Positions 24,001 through 39,200 of a stretch of 64,000 bases of DNA are shown in pieces. Each line of letters starts with the position of its first letter. The first letter of the stretch is position 1. The notes beneath the pieces are model-generated. The model made no database searches. It was not told where the DNA came from and was given only the letters and a program-made list of their open reading frames with translations. The DNA is from Eledone cirrhosa (Eukaryota), in assembly GCA_964016885.1 (NCBI GenBank), contig OZ024740.1, positions 252,092,001-252,156,000 of the forward strand. The letters are read 5' to 3'. A program made the position numbers and the translations under genes.

Positions 24001-27000
24001 ATTATGTAAATTGATTTTATTTCAATTTAATGTAATTTAATTTAATTTAATTTAATTTACTTTAATTCAATTTAATTTAATTCAATTTAATTTAATTTAA
24101 TTTTATTTTATTTTATTTCATTTAAAAAACGAAACGAAACCGGTATACCTAAAAAAACAAACGAAAAGAAACCGGGGAACCTAAAAAATCGAACGAAACG
24201 AAATTATCTCCCCTTGGCCTGCTGGAAATTATCTCCCCTTGGCCGGCTGGAAATTATCTCCCCTTGGCCGGCTCGAAATTATCTCCCATTAGCTGGCTGG
24301 AAATTATCTCCCCTTGGCCGGCTGGAAATTATCTCCCCTTGGCCGTCTGGAAATCATCGCCCCTTGGCCGGCTGGATTTATGTCCCCTTGGCCGGCTGGA
24401 TATTATCTCCCCTTGGCCAGCTGGAAATTATCTCCACTTGGCCGGCTGCAAATTATCTCCTCTTGGCCAGCTGGAAATTATCTCCCCTAAATTAAATGAA
24501 ATTAAATTAAATTAAATCAAATTAATTAATTTAATTAATTAATTAATTTTATTTTTTTTATTCTAATTATTTTTATTTTTTTTTATTAATTACTTAATTA
24601 ATTATGTTAATTGATTTTATTTCAATCCAATGTAATTTAATTTAATTTAATTTAATTTAATTTTATTTTATTTTATTTAAAAAACGAAATAAAATCGCGG
24701 TACCTAAAAAAACAAACGAAACGAAATTATCTCCCCTTGGTCTGCTGGAAATTTTCTCCCCTTGGCCGGCTGGATATTATCTCCCCTTGGCCGACTGCAA
24801 ATTATCTTCTCTTGGCCGGCTGGAAATTATCTCCCTTTGGCCGGCTGGAAATTATCTCCCCTTGGCCGGCTGGAAATTATCTCCCATTGGCTGGCTGGAA
24901 ATTATCATCCCTAGGCCGGCTGGGAATTAACTCCACTTGGCTGGCTAGAAACTATCTTCCCTTGGCCGGCTGGATATTATCTCCCCTTGGCCGGCTAGAA
25001 ATAATCTCCCCTTAGCCGGCTCGAAATTATCTCCCCTAAATTAAATTAAATTAAATTAAATTAAATCAAATTAATTAAATTAATTAATTAATTAATTTTA
25101 TTTTTTTTATTCTAATTATTTTTATTTTTTTTATTAATTACGTTATTAATTAATTAATTAATTATGTTAATTGATTTTATTTCAATCCAATGTAATTTAA
25201 TTTAATTTAATTTAATTTTATTTTATTTTATTTTATTTTATTTTATTTTATTTAAAAAACGAAACGAAACCGGGGTACCTAAAAAAACGAACGAAAAGAA
25301 ACCGGGGAACCTAAAAAATCGAACGAAATGAAATTATCTACCCTTGGCTTGCTGGAAATTATCTCAACTCGGCCGGCTGGATACTATCTCCCCTTGGCCG
25401 GCTGGAAATTATCTCCCCTTAGCCGGCTGGAAATTATCTCCCCTTGGCCGGCTGGATAATATCTCCCCTTGGCCGGCTGGAAATTATGTTCTCTCGGCCG
25501 GCTGGAAATTATCTCCCCTTGGCCGGCTGGAAATTATCTCCCCTTGGCCGGCTGGATATTATCTCCCCTTGGCCGGCTGGATGTTATCTCCCCTTGGCCA
25601 GCTAGAAATTATCTCCCCTTGGCCGGCTGGAAATTATCTTCCCTTGGCCGGCTGGAAATTATCTCACTTTGGCCGGCTGGATATTATCTCCCCTTGGCCG
25701 GCTGGATGTTATGTCCCCTTGGCCGGCTGGATATTATCTCCCCTTGGCCGGCAGGAAATTATATCCCCTTGGCCGGCTGGAATTTATCTCCCCTTGGCCG
25801 GCTGGAATTTATCTCCCCTTGGTCGGCTGGAATTTATATCCCCTTGCCCGGCTCGAAAATATCTCCCCTAAATTAAATTAAATTAAATTAAATTAAATCA
25901 AATTAATTAAATTAATTAATTAATTAATTATATTTTTTTTATTTTATCTATTTTTTTTTTTTTTGATTACGTTATTAATTAATTAATTAATTATGTAAAT
26001 TGATTTTATTTCAATTTAATGTAATTTAATTTAATTTAATTTAATTTACTTTAATTCAATTCAATTTAATTTAATTTAATTTAATGTAATTTACTTTAAT
26101 TCAATTTAATTTAATTTAATTTAATTTAATTTAATTTAATTTTATTTTATTTCATTTAAAAAACGAAACGAAACCGGTGTGCCTAAAAAAACAAAAGAAA
26201 AGAAACCGGGGTACCTAAAAAATCAAACGAAACGAAATTATCTCCCCTTGGCCTGCTGGATATTATCTCCCCTTGGCCAGCTGGAAATAATCTCCCCTTG
26301 GCCGGCTGGAAATTATGTCCCCTTGGCCGGCTCGAAATTATCTCCCCTAAATTAAATTAAATTAAATTAAATTAAATTAAATCAAATTAATTAAATTAAT
26401 TAATTAATTAATTTTATTTTTTTATTCTAATTATTTTTATTTTTTTTATTAATTACGTTATTAATTAATAAATTAATTATGTTAATTGATTTTATTTCAA
26501 TCCAATGTAATTTAATTTAATTTAATTTTATTTTATTTTATTTTATATTATTTTATATTATTTTATATAAAAAACGAAACAAAACCGAGGTGCCTAAAAA
26601 AACAAACGAAAAGAAACCGGGGAACCTAAAAAATCAAACGAAACGAAATTATCTCCCCTTGGCCGGCTGGATATTATCTCCCCTTGGCCGACTGCAAATT
26701 ATCTTCTCTAGGCCGGCTGGAAATTATCTCCCCTTGGCCGGCTGGAAATTATCTCCCATTGGCTGGCTGGAAATTATCACCCCTAGGCCGGCTGGGAATT
26801 AACTCCACTTGGCTGGCTAGAAACTATCTTCCTTTGGCCGGCTGGATATTATCTCCCCTTGGCCGGCTGGAAATAATCTCCCCTTGGCCGGCTGGAAATT
26901 ATGTCCCCTTAGCCGGCTCGAAATTATCTCCCCTAAATTAAATTAAATTAAATCAAATTAATTAAATTAATTAATTAATTAATTTTATTTTTTTTATTCT

Positions 27001-29990
27001 AATCATTTTTATTTTTTTTATTAATTACGTTATTAATTAATTAATTAATTATGTTAATTGATTTTATTTCAATCCAATGTAATTTAATTTAATTTAATTT
27101 AATTTAATTTAATTTAATTTTATTTTATTTTATTTAAAAAACGAAACGAAACCGGGGTACCTAAAAAAACGAACGAAAAGAAACCGGGGTACCTAAAAAA
27201 ACGAACGAAAAGAAACCGGGGAACCTAAAAAATCGAACGAAATGAAATTATCTCCCCTTGGCTTGCTGGAAATTATCTCAACTCGGCCGGCTGGATACTA
27301 TCTCCCCTTGGCCGGCTGGAAATTATCTCCCCTTGGCCGGCTGGATAATATCTCCCCTTGGCCGGCTGGAAATTATGTTCTCTTGGCCGGCTGGAAATTA
27401 TCTCCCCATGGCCGGCTGGAAATTATCTCCCCTTGGCCGGGTGGATATTATCTCCCCTTGGCCGGCTGGCTGTTATCTCCCCTTGGCCAGCTAGAAATTA
27501 TCTCCCCTTGGCCGGCTGGAAATTATCTTCTCTTGGCCGGCTGGAAATTATCTCCCTTTGGCCGGCTGGATATTATCTCCCCTTGGCCGACTGGATATTA
27601 TCTCACCTTGGCCGGCTGGAAATAATCTCCCCTTGGCCGGCTGGAAATTATGTCCCCTTAGCCGGCTCGAAATTATCTCCCCTAAATTAAATTAAATTAA
27701 TTAAATTAAATTAAATCAAATTAATTAAATTAATTAATTAATTAATTTTATTTTTTTTATTCTAATCATTTTTTTTTTTTTTATTAATTACGTTATTAAT
27801 TAATTAATTAATTATGTTAATTGATTTTATTTCAATCCAATGTAATTTAATTTAATTTAATTTAATTTTATTTTATTTTATTTTATTTTATTTAAAAAAC
27901 GAAACGAAACCGGGGTACCTAAAAAAACGAACGAAAAGAAACCGGGGAACCTAAAAAATCGAACGAAATAAAATTATCTCCCCTTGGCTTGCTGGAAATT
28001 ATCTCAACTCGGCCGGCTGGATACTATCTCCCCTTGGCCGGCTGGAAATTATCTCCCCATGGCCGGCTGGAAATTATGTCCCCTTGGCCGGGTGGATATT
28101 ATCTCCCCTTGGCCGGCTGGATGTTATCTCTCCTTGGCCAGCTAGAAATTATCTCCCCTTGGCCGGCTGGAAATTATCTTCTCTTGGCCGGCTGGAAATG
28201 ATCTCCCTTTGGCCGGCTGGATATTATCTCCCCTTGGCCGGCTGGATATGATCTCCCCTTGGCCGGCTGGAAATTATCTCCCCTTGGCCGGTTGGAAATT
28301 ATCTCCCCTTGGCCGGCTGTAAATTATCTCCCCTTGGCCGGCTGGAAATTATCGCCCCTTGGCCGGCTGGATGTTATGTCCCCTTGGCCGGCTCGATGAT
28401 ATTTCCCGTTGGCCAGCAGGAAATTATATCCCCTTGGCCGGCTGGAAATAATCTCCCCTTGGCCGGCCGGAAATTATCTCCCTTTGGCCGGCTTGATATT
28501 ATCTCCCCTTGGCCGGCTGGAATTTATCTCCCCTTGGCCGGCTGGAATTTATATCCCTTTGCCCGGCTCGAAAATATCTCCCCTAAATTAAATTAAATTA
28601 AATTAAATTAAATCAAATTAATTAAATTAATTAATTAATTCATTTTATTTTTTTTTATTAATTACGTTATTAATTAATTAATTATGTTAATTGATTTTAT
28701 TTCAATCCAATGTAATTTAATTTAATTTAATTTAATTTAAATTTATTTTATTTTATTTTATTTTATTTAAAAAACGAAACAAAACCGTGTTACCTAAAAA
28801 AACAAACGAAAAGAAACTGGGGAACCTAAAAAATCAAACGAAACGAAATTATCTCCCCTTGGTCTGCTGGAAATTATCTCCCCTTGGCCGGCTGGATATT
28901 ATCTCCCCTTGGCCGACTGCAAATTATCTTCTCTTGGCCGGCTGGAAATTATCTCCCTTTGGCCGGCTGGAAATTATCTCCCCTTGGCCGGCTGGAAATT
29001 AGCTCCCATTGGCTGGCTGGAAATTATCACCCCTAGGCCGGCTGGGAATTAACTCCACTTAGCTGGCTAGAAACTATCTTCCCTTGGCCGGCTGGATATT
29101 ATCTCCCCTTGGCCGGCTGGAAATAATCTCCCCTTGGCCGGCTGGAAATTATGTCCCCTTAGCCGGCTCGAAATTATCTCCCCTAAATTAAATTAAATTA
29201 ATTAAATTAAATTAAATTAAATCAAATTAATTAAATTAATTAATTAATTAATTTTATTTTTTTTATTCTAATCATTTTTATTTTTTTTATTAATTACGTT
29301 ATTAAATAATTAATTAATTATGTTAATTGATTTTATTTCAATCCAATGTAATTTAATTTAATTTAATTTAATTTAATTTAATTTAATTTAATTTTATTTT
29401 ATTTTATTTAAAAAACGAAACGAAACCGGGGTACCTAAAAAAACGAACGAAAAGAAACCGGGGAACCTAAAAAATCGAACGAAATGAAATTATCTCCCCT
29501 TGGCTTGATGGAAATTATCTCAACTCGGCCGGCTGGATACTATCTCCCCTTGGCCGGCTGGAAATTATCTCCCCTTAGCCGGCTGGAAATTATCTCCCCT
29601 TGGCCGGCTGGATAATATCTCCCCTTGGCCGGCTGGAAATTATCTTCTCTTGGCCGGCTGGAAATTATCTCCCTTTGGCCGGCTGGATATTATCTCCCCT
29701 TGGCAGGCTGGATATGATCTCCGCTTGGCCGGCTGGAAATTATCTCCCCTTGGCCGGTTGGAAATTATCTCCCCTTGGCCGGCTGGAAATTATCTCCCCT
29801 TGGCCGGCTGGAAATTATAGCCCCTTGGCCGGCTGGATGTTATGTCCCCTTGGCCGGCTGGATATTATCTCCCCTTGGCCGGCAGGAAATTATATCCCCT
29901 TGGCCGGCTGGAAATAATCTCCCCTTGGCCGGCCGGAAATTATCTCCCTTTGGCCGGCTGGATATTATCTCCCCTCGGCCGGCTGGAAAT
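21070..29990 (+). repeat. ~10-kb higher-order repeat copy of ~11000-19970
   Basis: Identical or near-identical translated ORF pairs: 11129/21200, 12289/22364, 13218/23243, 15324/25344, 17218/27242, 19576/29600 (offsets 10020-10075). Confidence 0.93.
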
Positions 29991-31849
29991 TATCTCCCCT
30001 TGGCCGGCTGGAATTTATATCCCTTTGCCCGGCTCGAAAATATCTCCCCTAAATTAAATTAAATTAAATTAAATTAAATCAAATTAATTAAATTATTTAA
30101 TTAATTATGTAAATTGATTTTATTTCAATTTAATGTAATTTAATTTAATTTAATTTACTTTAATTCAATTCAATTTAATTTAATTTAATTTAATTTAATT
30201 TAATTTACTTTAATTCAATTTAATTTAATTTAATTTAATTTAATTTAATTTTATTTTATTTCATTTACAAAACGAAACGAAACCGGTGTGCCTAAAAAAA
30301 CAAAAGAAAAGAAACCGGGGAACCTAAAAAATCAAACGAAACGAAATTATCTCCCCTTGGCCTGCTGGATATTATCTCCCCTTGGCCAGCTGGAAATAAT
30401 CTCCCCTTGGCCGGCTGGAAATTATGTCCCCTTGGCCGGCTCGAAATTATCTCCCCTGAATTAAATTAAATTAAATTAAATTAAATTAAATTAAATCAAA
30501 TTAATTAAATTAATTAATTAATTTTATTTTTTTTATTCTAATTATTTTTATTTTTTTTTTATTAATTACGTTATTAATTAATTAATTAATTATGTTAATT
30601 GATTTTATTTCAATCCAATGTAATTTAATTTAATTTTATTTTATTTTATTTTATTTTATATTATTTTATATTATTTTATTTAAAAAAGGAAACTAAACCG
30701 AGGTACCTAAAAAAACAAACGAAAAGAAACCGGGGAACCTAAAAAATCAAACGAAACGAAATTATCTCCCCTTGGCCGGCTGGATATTATCTCCCCTTGG
30801 CCGACTGCAAATTATCTTCTCTAGGCCGGCTGGAAATTATCTACCCTTGGCCGGCTGGAAATTATCTCCCATTGGCTGGCTGGAAATTATCACCCCTAGG
30901 CCAGCTGGGAATTAACTCCACTTGGCTGGCTAGAAACTATCTTCCTTTGGCCGGCTGGATATTATCTCCCCTTGGCCGGCTGGAAATAATCTCCCCTTGG
31001 CCGGCTGGAAATTATGTCCCCTTAGCCGGCTCGAAATTATCTCCCCTAAATTAAATTAAATTAAATTAAATTAAATTAAATTAAATCAAATTAATTTAAT
31101 TAATTAATTAATTAATTTTTTTTTTTTTATTCTAATCATTTTTATTTTTTTTTATTAATTACGTTATTAATTAATTAATTATGTTAATTGATTTTATTTC
31201 AATCCAATGTAATTTAATTTAATTTAATTTAATTTAATTTAATTTAATTTTATTTTATTTTATTTTATTTAAAAAACGAAACGAAACCGGGGTACCTAAA
31301 AAAACGAACGAAAAGAAACCGGGGAACCTAAAAAATCGAACGAAATGAAATTATCTCCCCTTGGCTTCATGGAAATTATCTCAACTCGGCCGGCTGGATA
31401 CTATCTCCCCTTGGCCGGCTGGAAATTATCTCCCCTTAGCCGGCTGGAAATTATCTCCCCTTGGCCGGCTGGATAATATCTCCCCTTGGCCGGCTGGAAA
31501 TTATGTTCTCTTGGCCGGCTGGAAATTATCTCCCCATGGCCGGCTGGAAATTATCTCCCGTTGGCCGGGTGGATATTATCTCCCCTTGGCCGGCTGGATG
31601 TTATCTCCCCTTGGCCAGCTAGAAATTATCTCCCCTTGGCCGGCTGGAAATCATCTTCTCTTGGCCGGCTGGAAATTATCTCCCTTTGGCCGGCTGGATA
31701 TTATCTCCCCTTGGCCGGCTGGATATGATCTCCCCTTGGCCGGCTGGAAATTATCTCCCCTTGGCCGGTTGGAAATTATCTCCCCTTGGCCGGCTGTAAA
31801 TTATCTCCCCTTGGCCGGCTGGAAATTATCGCCCCTTGGCCGGCTGGAT

Positions 31850-33230
31850 GTTATGTCCCCTTGGCCGGCTGGATATTATCTCCCCTTGGCCGGCAGGAAA
31901 TTATATCCCCTTGGCCGGCTGGAAATAATCTCCCCTTGGCCGGCCGGAAATTATCTCCCTTTGGCCGGCTTGATATTATCTCCCCTCGGCCGGCTGGAAA
32001 TTATCTCCCCTTGGCCGGCTGGAATTTATCTCCCCTTGGCCGGCTGGAATTTATATCCCTTTGCCCGGCTCGAAAATATCTCCCCTAAATTAAATTAAAT
32101 TAAATTAAATTAAATCAAATTAATTAAATTAATTAATTAATTCATTTTATTTTTTTTATTCTAATTATTTTTATTTTTTTTTATTAATTACGTTATTAAT
32201 TAATTATGTTAATTGATTTTATTTGAATCCAATGTAATTTAATTTAATTTAATTTAATTTAATTTAATTTTATTTTATTTTATTTAAAAAACGAAACAAA
32301 ACCGTGTTACCTAAAAAAACAAACGAAAAGAAACTGGGGAACCTAAAAAATCAAACGAAAAGAAACTGGGGAACCTAAAAAATCAAACGAAACGAAATTA
32401 TCTCCCCTTGGTCTGCTGGAAATTATCTCCCCTTGGCCGGCTGGATATTATCTCCCCTTGGCCGACTGCAAATGATCTTCTCTTGGCCGGCTGGAAATTA
32501 TCTCCCTTTGGCCGGCTGGAAATTATCTCCCCTTGGCCGGCTGGAAATTATCTCCCATTGGCTGGCTGGAAATTATCACCCCTAGGCCGGCTGGAAATTA
32601 ACTTCACTTGGCTGGCTAGAAACTATCTTCCCTTGGCCGGCTGGATATTATCTCCCCTTGGCTGGCTGGAAATAATCTCCCCTTGGCCGGCTGGAAATTA
32701 TGTCCCCTTAGCCGGCTCGAAATTATCTCCCCTAAATTAAATTAGATTAATTAAATTAAATTAAATTAAATCAAATTAATTAAATTAATTAATTAATTAA
32801 TTTTATTTTTTTTATTCTAATCATTTTTATTTTTTTATATTAATTACGTTATTAATTAATTAATTAATTATGTTAATTGATTTTATTTCAATCCAATGTA
32901 ATTTAATTTAATTTAATTTAATTTAATTTAATTTTGTTTTATTTTATTTTATTTTATTTAAAAAACGAAACGAAACCGTGGTACCTAAAAAAACGAACGC
33001 AAAGAAACCGGGGAACCTAAAAAATCGAACGAAATGAAATTATCTCCCCTTGGCTTGCTGGAAATTATCTCAACTCGGCCGGCTGGATACTATCTCGGCT
33101 TGGCCGGCTGGATATTATCTCCCCTTGGCCGGCTGGATGTTATCTCCCCATGGCCAGCTAGAAATTATCTCCCCTTGGCCGGCTGGAAATTATCTTCTCT
33201 TGGCCGGCTGGAAATTATCTCCCTTTGGCC
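31850..33230 (+). repeat. Copy of ~19800-21200 (offset ~12.03 kb)
   Basis: ORF pairs 20378/32408 and 21009/33034. Both copies carry the duplicated leader and the TATCTCGGCTT variant. Confidence 0.85.
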
Positions 33231-36200
33231 GGCTGGATATGATCTCCCCTTGGCCGGCTGGATATGATCTCCCCTTGGCCGGCTGGAAATTATCTCCCCT
33301 TGGCCGGTTGGAAATTATCTCCCCTTGGCCGGCTGGAAATTATCTCCCCTTGGCCGGCTGAAAATTATAGCCCCTTGGCCGGCTGGATGTTATGTCCCCT
33401 TGGCCGGCTGGATATTATCTCCCCTTGGCCGGCAGGAAATTATATCCCCTTGGCCGGCTGGAAATAATCTCCCCTTGGCCGGCCGGAAATTATCTCCCTT
33501 TGGCCGGCTGGATATTATCTCCCCTCGGCCGGCTGGAAATTATCTCCCCTTGGCCGGCTGGAATTTATATCCCTTTGCCCGGCTCGAAAATATCTCCCCT
33601 AAATTAAATTAAATTAAATTAAATCAAATTAATTAAATTAATTAATTAATTATGTAAATTGATTTTATTTCAATTTAATGTAATTTAATTTAATTTAATT
33701 TACTTTAATTCAATTCAATTTAATTTAATTTAATTTAATTTAATTTAATTTACTTTAATTCAATTTAATTTAATTTAATTTAATTTAATTTAATTTTATT
33801 TTATTTCATTTAAAAAACGAAACGAAACCGGTGTGCCTAAAAAAACAAAAGAAAAGAAACCGGGGAACCTAAAAAATCAAACGAAACGAAATTATCTCCC
33901 CTTGGCCTGCTGGATATTATCTCCCCTTGGCCAGCTGGAAATAATCTCCCCTTGGCCGGCTGGAAATTATGTCCCCTTGGCCGGCTCGAAATTATCTCCC
34001 CTGAATTAAATTAAATTAAATCAAATTAATTAAATTAATTAATTAATTAATTTTATTTTTTTTATTCTAATTATTTTTATTTTTTTTTATTAATTACGTT
34101 ATTAATTAATTAATTAATTAATTATGTTAATTGATTTTATTTCAATCCAATGTAATTTAATTTAATTTAATTTAATTTAATTTAATTTAATTTAATTTAA
34201 TTTAATTTAATTTAATTTAATTTCATTTAATTTAATTTTATTTTATTTTATTTAATTTTATTTAAAAAACGAAACAAAACCGGGGTACCTAAAAAACAAA
34301 CGAAAATAAACCGGGGCACCTAAAAAATCAAACGAAATGAAATTATCTCCCCTTGGTCTGCTGGAAATTATCTCCCCTTGGCCGGCTGGATATTGCCTCC
34401 CCTTGGCCGACTGCAAATTATCTTCTCTTGGCCGGCTGGAAATTATCTCCCTTTGGCCGGCTGGAAATTATCTCCCCTTGGCCGGCTGGATATTATCTCC
34501 CTTTGGCTGGCTGGAAATTATCACCCCTAGGCCGGCTGGGAATTAACTCCACTTGGCTGGCTAGAAACTATCTTCCCTTGGCCGGCTGGATATTATCTCC
34601 CCTTGGCCGGATGGAAATAATCTCCCCTTGGCCGGCTGGAAATAATGTCCCCTTAGCCGGCTCGAATTTATCTCCCCTAAATTAAATTAAATTAATTAAA
34701 TTAATTAATTAATTAATTTTATTTTTTTTATTCTAATTATTTTTATTTTTTTTTATTAATTACGTTATTAATTAATTAATTAATTATGTTAATTGATTTT
34801 ATTTCAATCCAATGTAATTTAATTTAATTTAATTTTATTTTATTTTATTTTATATTATTTCATTTTATTTTATTTTATTTTATTTTATTTAAAAAACGAA
34901 ACGAAACCGGGGTACCTAAAAAAACGAACGAAAAGAAACCGGGGAAGCTAAAAAATCGAACGAAATGAAATTATCTCCCCTTGGTTTGCTGGAAATTATC
35001 TCAACTCGGCCGGCTGGATACTATCTCCCCTTGGCCGGCTGGAAATTATCTCCCCTTAGCCGGCTGGAAATTATCTCCCCTTGGCCTGCTGGATAATATC
35101 GCCCCTTAGCCGGCTGGAAATTATTTTCTCTTGGCCGACTGGAAATTATCTCCCCTTGGCCGGCTGGAAATTATCTCCCCTTGGCCGGCTGGATATTATC
35201 TCCCCTTGGCCGGCTGGATGTTATCTCCCCTTGGCCAGCTAGAAATTATCTCCCCTTGGCCGGCTGGAAATTATCTTCTCTTGGCCGGCTGGAAATTATC
35301 TCCCTTTGGCTGACTGGATATTATCTCCCCTTGGCCGGCTGGATATGATCTCCCCTTGGCCGGCAGGAAATTATATCCCCTTGGCCGGCTGGAAATAATC
35401 TCCCCTTGGCCGGCCAGAATTAATCTCCCTTTGGCCGGCTGGATATTATCTCCCCTTAGCCGGCTTGAAATTATCTCCCCTTGGCCGGCTGGATATTATC
35501 TCCCCTCGGCCGGCTGGAAATTATCTCCCCTTGACCGGCTGGAATTTATCTCCCCTTGGCCGGCTGGAATTTATATCCCCTTGACCGGCTGGAAATAATC
35601 TCCCCTTGCCCGGCTCGAAAATATCTCCCCTAAATTAAATTAAATTAAATTAAATTAAATCAAATTAATTAAATTAATTAATTAATTAATTATATTTTTT
35701 TTATTTTATTTATTTTCATTTTTTTTTATTAATTACGTTATTAATTAATTAATTAATTATGTAAATTGATTTTATTTCAATGTAATGTAATTTAATTTAA
35801 TTTAATTTAATCGAAATTATCTCCCCTTGGCCTGCTGGAAATTATCTCCCCTTGGCCGGCTTGATATTATCTTCCCTTGGCAGGCTGGAAATTATCTCCC
35901 CTTGGCCGGCTGGAAATATACTCCCCTTGGCCGGCTGGAAATTATCTCCCCTTGGCCGGCTCGATATTATCTCCCCTAGGCCGGCTGGAAATTATCTCCC
36001 CTTGGCCGGCTGGAATTTATCTCCCCTTGGCCGGCTGGAATTTATATTCCCTTGGCCGGCTGGAAATAATCTCCCCTTGCCCGGCTCTAAAATATCTCCC
36101 CTAAATTAAATTAAATTAAATTAAATTAAATCAAATTAATTAAATTAATTAATTAATTAATTATATTTTTTTTATTTTATTTTTTTTTATTTTTTTTTAT

Positions 36201-39200
36201 TAATTACGTTATTAATTAATTAATTAAATATGTAAATTGATTTTATTTCAATTTAATGTAATTTAATTTAATTTAATTTAATTTAATTTACTTTAATTCA
36301 ATTCAATTTAATTTAATTTAATTTAATTTAATTTAATTTTATTTAAAAAACGAAACGAAACCGGTGTACCTAAAAAAACAAACGAAAAGAAACCGGGGAA
36401 CCTAAAAAATCGAACGAAATGAAATTATCTCCCCTTGGCTTGCTGGAAATTATCTCCCCTTAGCCGGCTGGAATTTATCTCCCCTTGGCCGGCTGGATAT
36501 TATGTCCCCTTAGCCGGCTGGAATTTATCTCCCCTTGGCCGGCTGGATATTATCTCCCCTTGGCCGGCTGGTAATTATCTCCCCTTGGCCGGCTGGAAAT
36601 TATCTCCCCTTAGCCGGCTGGAATTTATCTCCCCTTGGCCGGCTGGATATTATCTCCCCTTGGCCGACTGGAAATTATCTTCTCTTGGCCGACTGGAAAT
36701 TATCTCCCCTTGGCCGGCTGGAAATTATCTCCCCTTGGCCGGCTGGATATTATCTCCCCTTGGCCGGCTGGATATTATCTCCCCTTGGCCAGCTAGAAAT
36801 TATCTCCCCTTGGCCGGCTGGAAATTATCTTCTCTAGGCCGGCTGGAAATTATCTCCCTTTGGCCGGCTGGAAGTTATCTCCCCTTGGCTGGCTGGATAT
36901 TATCTCCCATTGGCCGACTGGAAATTATCTCCCCTTAACCGGCTGGAAATTATCTCCCCTTGACCGGCACGAAATTATCTCCCCTAAAGTAAATTAAATC
37001 TAATTAATTAAATTAATTAATTAATTATTTATATTTTTTTTATTTTATTTATTTTTTTTTTTTTATTAATTACGTTATTAATTAATTAATTAATTATGTA
37101 AATTGATTTTATTTTAATTTAATTTAATTTAATTTACTTTAATTCAATTTAATTTAATTCAATTTAATTTAATTTTATTTTATTTCATTTAAAAAACGAA
37201 ACGAAACCGGTGTGCCTAAAAAACAAAAGAAAGAAACCGGGGAACCTAAAAAATCGAACGAATCGAAATTAACTCCCCTTGGCCTGCTGGAAATTATCTC
37301 CCCTTGGCCGGCTGAAAATTAGCTCCCTTTGGCCGGCTGGATACTATCTCCCCTTGGCCGGCTGTAAATTATCTCCCCTTGGGCGGCTGGAAGTTATCTC
37401 CACTTGGCCGGCTGGAAATTATCTCCTCTTGGCCGGCTGGAAATTATCTCGCCTTGGCCGGCTGGAAATTATCTCCTCTAAAATAAATTAAATTAAATTA
37501 AATTAAATTAAATTAAATCAAATTAATTAAATTAATTAATTAATTATTTATATTTTTTTTATTTTATTTATTTTATTTTTTTTATTAATTACGTTATTAA
37601 TTAATTAATTAATTATGTAAATTGATTTTATTTCAATTTAATGCAATTTAATTTAATTTACTTTAATTCAATTTAATTTAATTCAATTTAATTTAATTTT
37701 ATTTTATTTTATTTCATTTAAAAAACGAAACGAAACCGGTGTGCCTACAAAACAAAAGAAAAGAAACCGGGGAACCTAAAAAATCGAACGAAACGAAATT
37801 ATCTCCCCTTGGCCTGCTGGAAATTATCTCCCCTTGGCCGGCTGAAAATTATCTCCCCTTGGCCGGCTGGAAATTATCTCCCTTTGGCCGGCTGGATATT
37901 ATCTCCCCTTGGTCGGCTGGATATGATCTCCCCTTGGCCGGCTGGAAATTATCTCCCCTTGGCCGTTGGAAATTATCTCCCCTTGGCCGGCTGGAAATTA
38001 TCTCCCCTTGGCCGGCTGGAAATTATCGCCCCTTGGCCGGCTGGATGTTATGTCCCCTTGGCCGGCTGGATATTATCTCCCCTTGGCCGGCAGGAAATTA
38101 TATCCCCTTGGCCGGCTGGAAATAATCTTCCCTTGGCCGGCCGGAAATTATCTCCCTTTGGCCGGCTGGATATTATCTCCCCTTGGCCGGCTTGAAATTA
38201 TCTCCCCTTGGCCGGCTGGATATTATCTCCCCTTGGCCGTCTGGAATTTATCTCCCCTTGGCCGGCTGGATATTATCTCCCCTTGGCCGGCTTGAAATTA
38301 TCTCCCCTTGGCCGGCGGGATATTATCTCCCCTTGGCCGGCTGGATATTATCTCCCCTTGGCCGACTGGAAATTATCTCCGCTTGGGCGGCGGGATATTA
38401 TCTCCCCTTGGCCGGCTGTAAATTATCTCCCCTTGGCCGGCTGGAAGTTATCTCTCCTTGGCCGGCTGGATATTATCACCCCTTGGCCAGCTGGAAATTA
38501 TCTCCACTTGGCCGGCTGGAAATTATCTCCTCTTGGCCGGCTGGAAATTATCTCGCCTTGGCCGGCTGGAAATTATCTCCTCTAAATTAAATTAAATTAA
38601 ATTAAATTAAATTAAATCAAATTAATTAAATTAATTAATTAATTATTTATATTTTTTTTATTTTATTTATTTTTATTTTTTTTATTAATTACGTTATTAA
38701 TTAATTAATTAATTAATTATGTAAATTGATTTTATTTCAATTTAATGTAATTTAATTTAATTTAATTTACTTTAATTCAATTTAATTTAATTCAATTTAA
38801 TTTAATTTAATTTTATTTTATTTTATTTAAAAAACGAAACGAAACCGGTATACCTAAAAAAACAAACGAGAAGAAACCGGGAAACCTAAAAAATCGAACG
38901 AAACGAAATTATCTCCCCTTGGCCTGCTGGAAATTATCTCCCCTTGGCCGGCTGAAAATTATCTCCCCTTGGCTAGCTGGTAAAAATCTCCCCTTGGTCG
39001 GCTGGAAATTATCTCCCCTTTGCTGGCTGGAAATTATCTCCCCTTGGCCGGCTGGAAATTGTCTCCCCTAGGTCGGCTGGAAATTATCTCCCCTTGGCCG
39101 GCTGGTAATAATCTCCCCTTGGTCGACTGGAAATTATCTCCCATCGGCCGACTGGATATTATCTCCCCTTGGCCGGCTTGAAATTATCTCCCTTTGGCCG

